Positions 56,990 to 64,000 of a DNA stretch of 64,000 nt are shown in pieces. Numbering within the stretch: the first letter of the stretch is position 1; each line of letters starts with the position of its first letter. The position numbers and the translations under genes are program-made. Below the pieces are notes generated by a model. The model ran no database searches. It was not told where the DNA came from and saw nothing but the letters and a program-made list of their open reading frames with translations. The stretch lies in NCBI GenBank assembly GCA_963826535.1, contig CAWGXL010000002.1, positions 96,654-160,653 on the forward strand, read 5' to 3'. Source of the DNA: an uncultured bacterium (GTDB lineage: Bacteria > Patescibacteriota > Microgenomatia > Levybacterales > UBA12049).

Positions 56990-58159
56990 ATGGCAGAACA
57001 TATCCTCTACTTAGGTTATTGGTACCAAAGAACCTCGCTACATCTATCGGAAGTTTACGACTTTCTTAAATATGGTACAAGTCCCCTTAATTTAAACAAA
57101 GAGAAATTACAGCATTTACTTTCAGAAATGACTTTGAAAAAAGTTTCATTTACAATCGATATTTTAGAATATATCGAATTGGAAGCTGAAGATAATATAA
57201 AAATAAGATTTTACGAGGACGGTTTGGTAGTTATGGCAAAACCATTCCATAAAATCGAGGAAGCAAAAACACAACTTTCTGAATATTATGCAAATCGTTT
57301 TATCCCGGCCATCAGTTATCTTTTCAGTCTTGGTGCTCCTGTCCCCAAAGAATTGGCAAAAACAAAATCTACATACACCTATTTTTTGATCACACAACAC
57401 GCAAATAAAGAAGCAGTAGATATTTTACTCAAAGAATTGGGCGAGAAAGAATATTTTGAGTTTATGAACGAAGATATTGCAATCTACAGAGGAGACACTC
57501 ATTATGTGATCAACAGCAATAAAGATTTTGCAGGTATTGAACAATTGATAGAGATGTTTATTTTCTTTAGTGAATTTAAAGCACAGCTGCATCAATATCT
57601 CGATCTGCATAGGTCTGTTTGGGAAAAGATTGAGAAAATAAAAGAGCAAGGTGCTATTCTCGGCAGAAATATTGAAAAGCAGCGTCATGAACTTGAAAGT
57701 TACAAAAAAAGTATAGAACTTATTGATGGCCGAATGGAGCAAATGGGATTATATATTTCGACCAGGTCCAGTATTGTCCAAAAAAGCGGGTGGGGAGATG
57801 TTTTGACTAAGGTATTGGAATTTAAGTACGAAAATCTGCGCCACAATCTTGACTATGTGAAGTCATTATGGAAAATGACCAAACAATATGTTGATTCCGC
57901 TATACAACTTTTTAATGAGATAAATCAAACAAGTACCAAGTATGCTGTAAATGTACTGACGATTATCTCAAGCGTCGGTATCGTAGGAGTAATTCTCTCG
58001 CACCTTGTGAAAACAGAATATCCGCAAGTATCAAGTATCGGCATTTTTTACCTTTTACTACTTCTCTCAGTTTCGTTCTTTATCCACAGGTTTACTGGTT
58101 TTATCTTCAAGTCCATACGATACAAGATAAGCAATGTTGATTATAAAAAAGAGCTCTAA
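56990..58159 (+). CDS. Hypothetical protein with two C-terminal TM helices (CorA-like topology but no GMN motif)
   Basis: 389 aa. Soluble helical N-terminal domain plus 2 TM helices at the C-terminus. Confidence 0.5.
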   Translation: MAEHILYLGYWYQRTSLHLSEVYDFLKYGTSPLNLNKEKLQHLLSEMTLKKVSFTIDILEYIELEAEDNIKIRFYEDGLVVMAKPFHKIEEAKTQLSEYYANRFIPAISYLFSLGAPVPKELAKTKSTYTYFLITQHANKEAVDILLKELGEKEYFEFMNEDIAIYRGDTHYVINSNKDFAGIEQLIEMFIFFSEFKAQLHQYLDLHRSVWEKIEKIKEQGAILGRNIEKQRHELESYKKSIELIDGRMEQMGLYISTRSSIVQKSGWGDVLTKVLEFKYENLRHNLDYVKSLWKMTKQYVDSAIQLFNEINQTSTKYAVNVLTIISSVGIVGVILSHLVKTEYPQVSSIGIFYLLLLLSVSFFIHRFTGFIFKSIRYKISNVDYKKEL

Positions 58160-58267
58160 CCACGCCTGCTTCCTTACTCATCTGTCAGGTTCCTGTCAAG
58201 TAGAAGTGGATCATCAGGGATATAATTTGGCTTATAGTATAGATATTGAGTTATTCTTAAATTTACT

Positions 58268-59425
58268 ATGCAAAGGTTAGAACAGGCAATACCTGGAATA
58301 ATCGATGGAGTCAATGGTTTTGCACCATGGGAAGCGCCTCATCGTGAAGCGATTAAACCTCAACAGGTTCCATTTGCTATGCATAATGGGAAAGAACGAC
58401 GTCCGACACATTCCATAGACCACGGTGATTTTCAGATAATAGCAATTCCTGGATTAATGGGTATTTTTAATATCACAGCATTCCCAAGAGATAATGATTC
58501 GACGCATCTTCTAGGACGACAACTAATTGATCGTCAAAAAATTACTATTGGAACACCGGATACTTCAAGACTAGTATGGCTTACGATGAATAATAGGCAT
58601 TTAGAAACGACCCCGGAACAGAGTATTTGGGAACCAGGCGATACACTTGGTTACAATTTGGAAGATCCAAGAGCTGTTGTTGTTAGTAAAAGTAAAAGAG
58701 TAGCTCTGGGATTATCAGCGTTGTCAGAAAAACCAGACGACAATGGAATCTATCTTCCATACCCTGCTCGGGCGTATGTTGACAGTATAAATCCTACAGC
58801 CCTGGTAGACTTGGAGGTCATAACAGAGTTTGGGCCAGGGAAAAACTTCGTGTCACTAGGCTATCCGGGAGAAGAAGATAATTGGTGGGGTTTTAGACGT
58901 GAAGGTGAAGGCTTAGGACATGAATTACTAGTTCTCCATGATGATGGAAAGAAATTCCGAGCAGTGGGAACATTACCTCTTCCAAAGGATATACCTGGTT
59001 TCGGATTAAAGGCAGGTGCCTCTGCAACGCCGGTATGGATTGATGAACAATGGGGAATTATCCCTTTCCACGGTATGGAATTTGAAAATGGTTTATTTGT
59101 TTACTCGCAAGGAGTAGCGATACTAGAAAGAGGGACTTCTCATGAGCAACCATTCGCTGTTAAAAATCCGATACCAACCCTACACCCCGACCACTTTAAT
59201 CCTCTTAGAGGCGAAGATCTAACGGCTCTAGAATTAAATCCCATAATTAGAAGAGCAACATATAGCACCGGCTTGCATGTTGATGTTTCAAATGACATAT
59301 TCAGAACCTTAGTTAGCGTTGGAGATACTGTTACTGTTTTTGAAAATCGAAAATTATCAAAAGTGAAAGAAATGCTCAGAACCAAAAAATCAGGAGTAAT
59401 TTATCCTAGCTCCCAGGCTGCTTAA
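58268..59425 (+). CDS. Hypothetical protein. GC content is visibly above the local background.
   Basis: 385-aa ORF with no motif recognised. By eye about 42-45% GC against about 35% for neighbours. Confidence 0.5.
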   Translation: MQRLEQAIPGIIDGVNGFAPWEAPHREAIKPQQVPFAMHNGKERRPTHSIDHGDFQIIAIPGLMGIFNITAFPRDNDSTHLLGRQLIDRQKITIGTPDTSRLVWLTMNNRHLETTPEQSIWEPGDTLGYNLEDPRAVVVSKSKRVALGLSALSEKPDDNGIYLPYPARAYVDSINPTALVDLEVITEFGPGKNFVSLGYPGEEDNWWGFRREGEGLGHELLVLHDDGKKFRAVGTLPLPKDIPGFGLKAGASATPVWIDEQWGIIPFHGMEFENGLFVYSQGVAILERGTSHEQPFAVKNPIPTLHPDHFNPLRGEDLTALELNPIIRRATYSTGLHVDVSNDIFRTLVSVGDTVTVFENRKLSKVKEMLRTKKSGVIYPSSQAA

Positions 59426-59805
59426 TCATTTATAAAACTTTTTTTGTGAATTCCATTTCTCAACGCATTTAATATAAGCAGCGCACATTTCATTCTTGTT
59501 GGAGTGAGAGTAATACCCAGTAAGTCGAGTACAACTTCTGCATCAATTTTTCGAAGATCAGTTACCGATTTTTGTTTTATTTCCTCGGTAAAAAGAGAAG
59601 CAGAGGCTTTGGAAATAGCACAACCCTCGCCAATAAACGCGACTTCCTTAACTCTATTATTTTTTAATTTAATTGTAAGACGGATCCTGTCCCCGCAATA
59701 CGGATTATCTTCCTCAACATCAATATCAGGATCTTGTACCACACCGTAATTCTGTGGGTTTTTCCAATGTTCCAAAATAATGTCGCGATATAATTGATCC
59801 TGCAT
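59422..59805 (-). CDS. sufU: SUF-system Fe-S assembly protein SufU (NifU-N/IscU-like)
   Basis: LYRDIILEHWKNPQNYG...CGDRIRL...GEGCAISKASASL...RMKCALL conserved Cys/Asp ligands. Confidence 0.8.
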   Translation of the reverse strand: MQDQLYRDIILEHWKNPQNYGVVQDPDIDVEEDNPYCGDRIRLTIKLKNNRVKEVAFIGEGCAISKASASLFTEEIKQKSVTDLRKIDAEVVLDLLGITLTPTRMKCALLILNALRNGIHKKSFIND

Positions 59806-59807
59806 AA

Positions 59808-60376
59808 TTAAATTTTCAAAGTTTTTTTTACAACGTTAATTCCTTCGACTAATCTATCAACATCCTCCTTAGTATTATATAAATACAGAGATGCTCTCGC
59901 TGTAGCCGGTACACCTAGAGCTTGCATAGTAATTTGTGCGCAGTGATGGCCGGAGCGGATTGCAATATTTTGTCCATCGAGAATTTGAGCGATATCATGC
60001 GCATGGGCGTTTGTTATATTAAAAGAAAAAATACCGAGCCGGTCTTTATATGTTTTTGGACCGTATAATTTTAAGAAAGGTAAATTTTTTAATTTTTCAA
60101 GTGCATATTTAGTTAGTTCATTTTCATAACTAGCGATTTTTTCCCAACCAATTTTTTTTAAATATGAAATTGAGGCTGACAAACCTACAACCCCTTCAAG
60201 ATTACCGGTTCCTGCTTCAAATTTATCAGGAAGATCAGCCCAAGTTGCTTTATTTTTGGTTACAGTTTTTATCATATGACTACCGACATGAAGCGGATCC
60301 ATTGTTTCGAGCAAATCTTCCTTTGCCCATAGCACACCGACCCCCGTTGGCCCAAGCATTTTGTGAGCGGAGAAGG
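59808..60376 (-). CDS. sufS: Cysteine desulfurase SufS, C-terminal half only. The 5' part is truncated at the low-GC/high-GC junction.
   Basis: ...AFSAHKMLGPTGVGVLWAKEDLLETMDPL...RSGHHCAQ.... The PLP-Lys motif (FS-A/G-HK) is the first recognisable element. Everything N-terminal in the ORF track is translated from unrelated high-GC DNA. Confidence 0.75.
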
Positions 60377-61328
60377 CAAGACGTTCTTCCTGGGGTATGC
60401 CGCGGTGCAGGCGGGAGGCGACCCCTCGCTGCTGTTCGATGACCTCGTCCGCAACGCGCCGGGATTCTCGAAGCCCTGGCTGCAAGCCGCCTTCGTGCTG
60501 CTCGTGGTCGGGTATGGAACGAAGATGGGATTGGCCCCCATGCATACGTGGAAGCCCGACGCGTATGGCGAGGCGCCGGGGATCGTGGGCGCCCTGATGG
60601 CCGGCGCCCTGACGAGCTGCGCCTTCCTCGCTCTTTCCCGGGTCTTTCACGTTCTGACCGCCGCGGGAGAGGGAGCATTTGCTGGGCGCATCCTGGTCGT
60701 GCTCGGGCTCTTCTCCATGGCCGTCGCCGGCGTGTTCACGGTCCGTCAGCGAGACCTGAAGCGCATGCTGGCGTATTCGAGCGTCGAGCACATGGGAATT
60801 CTGGCGTTCGGTCTCGGCCTCGGCGGCAGCGGTATCTTCGGCGCCTTCCTGCACATGCTGAACAACGGGATCATCAAGGGCGTGATGTTCCTCTCGGCCG
60901 GGAACATCCACCGGGCCTACGACAGCAAGTACGTCGAGGACGTGTCGGGGGCGCTCCGGCGCGTCCCGTGGTCCGGCGCCTTGTTCCTGGCCGGGTTCTT
61001 CGCGGTGACCGGCTCTCCGCCCTTTGGCCCGTTCGTCAGCGAGCTGTCCATTCTCAATGCCGCGATGGAACAGCATCGCTGGGGCGTCGCGGCGGCCATG
61101 CTGGGTCTGCTTCTCGTCGTGTTCATGGGGATGGGGGTGACGGTGCTCGGAGTCGTCCAGGGCGAGGCGGGGCCGAGCTCGAGCCAGTCCCGATTCCGGG
61201 ACGGCGTTCTCAACACATTGCCGGCGCTGGTGCTCCTGGCCATGTCGTTCGGCATGGGAGTGGCCATGCCCGACGCGATCCAGTCGATGGTCCGGGAGGC
61301 CGCGGACTACGTCGGAGGCCGGCGATGA
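60363..61328 (+). CDS. NuoL/NuoM/NuoN- or HyfB/HycC-like proton-translocating membrane subunit. C-terminal ~320 aa only, 5'-truncated at the junction.
   Basis: MGLAPMHTWKPDAYGEAPGIVGALMAG and KRMLAYSSVEHMGI are complex-I antiporter-subunit signatures. High GC. Its stop overlaps the next gene's ATG (ATGA). Confidence 0.7.
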   Translation: MSGEGKTFFLGYAAVQAGGDPSLLFDDLVRNAPGFSKPWLQAAFVLLVVGYGTKMGLAPMHTWKPDAYGEAPGIVGALMAGALTSCAFLALSRVFHVLTAAGEGAFAGRILVVLGLFSMAVAGVFTVRQRDLKRMLAYSSVEHMGILAFGLGLGGSGIFGAFLHMLNNGIIKGVMFLSAGNIHRAYDSKYVEDVSGALRRVPWSGALFLAGFFAVTGSPPFGPFVSELSILNAAMEQHRWGVAAAMLGLLLVVFMGMGVTVLGVVQGEAGPSSSQSRFRDGVLNTLPALVLLAMSFGMGVAMPDAIQSMVREAADYVGGRR

Positions 61329-62860
61329 GCCTCCGGGCGGGGCGCGCGGTCGAGAATGGCGAAGCCGTCCCGGTGGGCGAAGTCCCCGAGCTGTCGAACG
61401 AGGAGTTCCGGCAGGTCGTGATCGAGGCCTGCCGTCGGGAGCGGCGAGTGTCGGCGCTGTTCGGCGACTCGAGAGACGGCGAGGGTGGCCGCGATCTCGT
61501 GGAGCTCTACGCGGTACTGGCCGAGGAGGACACGGCGTCGCTGCTCCTCGCCCGGACCCGGATCGAGGCCGACGTCTTCGAGTCGCTGACGCCGGATTGC
61601 CCGCAGGTGCACCTGTTCGAGCGCGAGATTGCCGAGCAGTACGGGTGCGTGCCGCGGGGGCACCCGTGGCTGAAGCCCGTTCGGTTCCATGCCCCGTACC
61701 GTCGCCCGGCCTCGGGCGTCGAGACGGGGCCCAGGCCGCCCGTGGTCGGAGTGATGGACTACTACCGGGTCGAGGGCGACGAGGTGCACGAGGTGGCGGT
61801 CGGGCCCGTGCACGCGGGGATCATCGAGCCGGGCCACTTTCGCTTCCAGTGCCACGGGGAGACGGTGTTCCACCTCGAGATCTCGCTCGGCTACCAGCAC
61901 CGGGGCATCGAGCGGCACCTCGTCGGCGGTCCGACGCCCAGGACCGTGCACTACATGGAGACGCTCGCCGGCGACACGACGCTCGGTCACGCGACCGCGT
62001 ACTGCCACGCCGTGGAAGCCCTGGCCCGGATCCACGCCCCGGCGAAGGCGCAGTTCATTCGCGGCATCGCGCTCGAGCTGGAGCGACTGGCGAACCACGT
62101 CGGCGATCTCGGTGCTCTCGCGGGCGATGTCGGCTATCTGCCCACGGCCTCGTTCTGCGGGCGCATCCGCGGCGACTACCTGAACATGAGCGCGCTCTTG
62201 TGCGGGAATCGATTCGGCCGGGACCTGACTCGCGTGGGCGGCGTGCGCTTCGACATCGACGAAGCGGTGCGAGAGAGCCTTGTCACGCGGCTGGACGCCG
62301 CGGAGCGGGACACCGCGAGTGCCGTGAACCTGCTCTGGGAGTCGTCGTCGGTGATGTCGCGGTTCGAGGATGCCGGGAGCATCTCGGAGGAGGTCGCGCG
62401 GGAGATCGGTCTCGTGGGCCCGGCCGCCCGCGCCAGTGGCCTGGGACGCGACGTGCGAACCGACTTTCCCAAGGGCGTCTACCGCTACAGCCACGTGCCG
62501 ATGTGCACGTGGAGCACCGGTGATGTCTTTGCGCGGGCGTACGTCCGCTGGCTCGAGATCCAGAACTCGATCCGCTTTATCCGCGAGGAGCTTCAGGAGC
62601 TGCCGGAAGGCGCGCTCCAGGTGAGTGTGCCCATCTTGATGCCCGAGAGCATCGTGGTGTCGCTCGTCGAGGGCTGGCGTGGGGAGATCTGCCACGTGGC
62701 GATCACCGACGAGGCGGGGAAGTTCCGCCGCTACAAGGTCGTCGACCCCTCGTTCCACAACTGGTCCGGTCTCGCGCTCGCCCTCCGCGGACAGGAGATC
62801 TCGGACTTTCCGTTGTGCAACAAGAGCTTCAACCTGTCCTACGCGGGCTTCGACCTGTGA
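61325..62860 (+). CDS. NuoC-NuoD fusion / HycE-like large subunit of a group-4 hydrogenase-related complex, apparently lacking the [NiFe] cysteine ligands
   Basis: NuoC-like FEREIAEQYGCVPRGHPWLKPV, then GPVHAGIIEPGHFRF. At the L1 position it reads ETLAGDTTLGHATAYCHAVE (no CxxC). At the C-terminus it reads VDPSFHNWSG (no DPCxxC). Start taken at the ATG at 61325 rather than the track's 60548. Confidence 0.7.
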   Translation: MSLRAGRAVENGEAVPVGEVPELSNEEFRQVVIEACRRERRVSALFGDSRDGEGGRDLVELYAVLAEEDTASLLLARTRIEADVFESLTPDCPQVHLFEREIAEQYGCVPRGHPWLKPVRFHAPYRRPASGVETGPRPPVVGVMDYYRVEGDEVHEVAVGPVHAGIIEPGHFRFQCHGETVFHLEISLGYQHRGIERHLVGGPTPRTVHYMETLAGDTTLGHATAYCHAVEALARIHAPAKAQFIRGIALELERLANHVGDLGALAGDVGYLPTASFCGRIRGDYLNMSALLCGNRFGRDLTRVGGVRFDIDEAVRESLVTRLDAAERDTASAVNLLWESSSVMSRFEDAGSISEEVAREIGLVGPAARASGLGRDVRTDFPKGVYRYSHVPMCTWSTGDVFARAYVRWLEIQNSIRFIREELQELPEGALQVSVPILMPESIVVSLVEGWRGEICHVAITDEAGKFRRYKVVDPSFHNWSGLALALRGQEISDFPLCNKSFNLSYAGFDL

Positions 62861-62901
62861 TTCGTCTCCTTCGAGCTCGAGTGCTTCAGGGTCATCGGAC
62901 C

Positions 62902-63729
62902 ATGCCGTTTCCGGACGGGCCTCCGCCGGAGCTGCCCGCGCGGTTTCGCGGCCGGCCCGAGATCGACGCCGGCCTGTGCCGGTCCGGCTGCCGCGCGTGC
63001 GCGGAGGCCTGTCCGACCCAGGCGATCACGGGCGGGGAGTCGGCTCAGATCGACCTCGGCCGCTGCCTCTTCTGCACCGACTGCGTGGAGGCCTGTCCCG
63101 AGGGCGCGATCTCCTTCACCAATGACTATCGTCTCGCGGTGCGCCGGCGCGAGGACCTCGTGGTCTGCGGCAATCAGGATGCGCTCCCGCTCGCCGCGGA
63201 GCTGGGTGCGGAGCTGCATCGCCTGCTCGGGCGGTCGCTCAAGCTGCGCCAGGTATCGGCGGGCGGCTGCAATGGGTGCGAGCTCGATACCAATGTCCTC
63301 AACACGGTGGGCTGGGACCTCGGGCGGTTCGGGGTGCAATTCGTGGCGTCTCCTCGACACGCGGACGGCCTGCTCATCACCGGCGCGGTCTCCCAGAACA
63401 TGAAGCTCGCGCTCCAGAAGACCTACGATGCGATCCCCGCGCCGAAGATCGTCATCGCCGTGGGGGCATGCGCCGTCGGCGGCGGCCCGTTCGCCGGCCA
63501 CGCGGAGGTGAACGACGGGGCCACCGATCTGCTGCCGATCGACCTGCTGATACCGGGCTGTCCGCCGCACCCCCTCACGATCCTCGACGGCATCCTCCGG
63601 TTGCTGGGTCGAGTGGACGGCGGGAAGCCCCGGTCGAGTCCGGCGATCGAGCAACCCGGGCAGTCAGCGTGGCGAGCCAGGCCGGGTGGTGGCACGCCGC
63701 CCGGCCGTGTGGGCGAACAGCGGCCGTGA
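62902..63729 (+). CDS. Fusion of a 2x[4Fe-4S] ferredoxin (HycF/NuoI-like) with a NuoB/HycG-like small subunit
   Basis: CRSGCRACAEACP and CLFCTDCVEACP cluster motifs. Then GGCNGCE...VASPRHADGLLITGAVS...VGACAVGGGPF...IPGCPPHP (N2-cluster-type ligands). An alternative upstream start at 62815 is possible. Confidence 0.7.
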   Translation: MPFPDGPPPELPARFRGRPEIDAGLCRSGCRACAEACPTQAITGGESAQIDLGRCLFCTDCVEACPEGAISFTNDYRLAVRRREDLVVCGNQDALPLAAELGAELHRLLGRSLKLRQVSAGGCNGCELDTNVLNTVGWDLGRFGVQFVASPRHADGLLITGAVSQNMKLALQKTYDAIPAPKIVIAVGACAVGGGPFAGHAEVNDGATDLLPIDLLIPGCPPHPLTILDGILRLLGRVDGGKPRSSPAIEQPGQSAWRARPGGGTPPGRVGEQRP

Positions 63730-64000
63730 TCTGGCCCGTCCGTCGCCGGTCCTCACGCCACGCGCCAAGCGTGACCCGCGGGCCGGCCCTAGGCCTGCGG
63801 CCTGGCGATTCCTTGCAGCCCTAAATTTTAGGGCTGCGGGATACGCGGACGGCGCCGCGCAACCTATTCAGAATTGGAGGTCATCCGCCTGTCCAGCGTA
63901 AAGTATGGCGCGAGTGAGGAAAACGCCCGCACCATGAACCTGCTCCAGACCTGCATACCTGCCGACGCGCGCAGCGTCTGCCGTCTTACGGAGCCGGATA

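Noticed and set aside
59808-61076. The ORF-track call of a 422-aa minus-strand protein
   Set aside because: Only the C-terminal ~190 aa (from AFSAHKM on) is SufS. The N-terminal ~230 aa is read through unrelated high-GC DNA across the junction.
61325-62860. Calling the large subunit a functional [NiFe] hydrogenase
   Set aside because: Both CxxC ligand motifs are absent at the expected positions. It was therefore described as hydrogenase-related or complex-I-like.
60280-63901. Numerous long minus-strand and alternative-frame ORFs in the high-GC segment (for example 61307-62758 at 483 aa, 60280-60678, 61597-62523, 62839-63654, 63276-63824)
   Set aside because: They are Arg/Pro/Ala-rich with no motifs, as expected from stop-codon depletion in 70% GC DNA. 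They lie antisense or out of frame to clearly recognisable NuoL/HycE/HycG-like genes.
1-64000. CRISPR arrays and rRNA genes
   Set aside because: The direct repeats found are irregularly spaced and each family is present in only 2-3 copies. No rRNA-like conserved blocks were seen.

Overview
Two compositionally different pieces are joined in this window. Positions 1 to about 60370 are low-GC (about 33-37%) bacterial DNA. It is gene-dense and has many leaderless-type promoters, in which an (extended) -10 box lies 4-9 nt before the ATG. By inference it resembles a Patescibacteria/CPR-like or other small-genome Gram-positive-like organism.

Recognisable genes in the low-GC part:
- a partial type IV pilus ATPase (PilB/GspE) with an adjacent Hpt + CheY-like phosphorelay
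- gpmA, rsmI, lexA (with a candidate palindromic operator overlapping its promoter), rnhB, coaBC, and sufU plus a truncated sufS
- ilvA-like threonine dehydratase plus RidA, and a transaldolase
- two sensor histidine kinases
- two VapBC-type toxin-antitoxin pairs (PIN toxins with Phd/YefM-type and AbrB-type antitoxins)
- tRNA-Lys(CTT) and tRNA-Asn(GTT)
- a putative cobalamin-salvage module: cobalamin riboswitch, DUF4430 B12-binding-like protein, ECF S-component-like permease, PduO-type adenosyltransferase
- a cluster of five GT-C-like polytopic membrane proteins
- secreted CAP-domain proteins with dockerin-like modules
- a membrane-anchored ClpB-like AAA+ protein with an inactivated first ATPase domain, next to an S8 subtilisin
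- a tRNA-Asn-proximal operon: coaBC, a hypothetical gene, a TraG/VirD4-family type IV coupling-protein-like ATPase, and two tandem paralogous Cys-rich proteins of unknown family

Several short repeat families, two frameshifted genes and one gene fragment are present.

From about 60370 to the end the DNA is about 70% GC. It encodes part of a group-4 [NiFe]-hydrogenase-like / complex-I-like module: a NuoL/HyfB-like antiporter C-terminus, a NuoC-NuoD/HycE-like large subunit that appears to lack the Ni-Fe cysteine ligands, and a ferredoxin fused to a NuoB/HycG-like small subunit. Both genes abutting the junction are truncated there. The join therefore looks like an assembly chimera or artificial concatenation rather than a native locus. 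No CRISPR array and no rRNA gene was seen.
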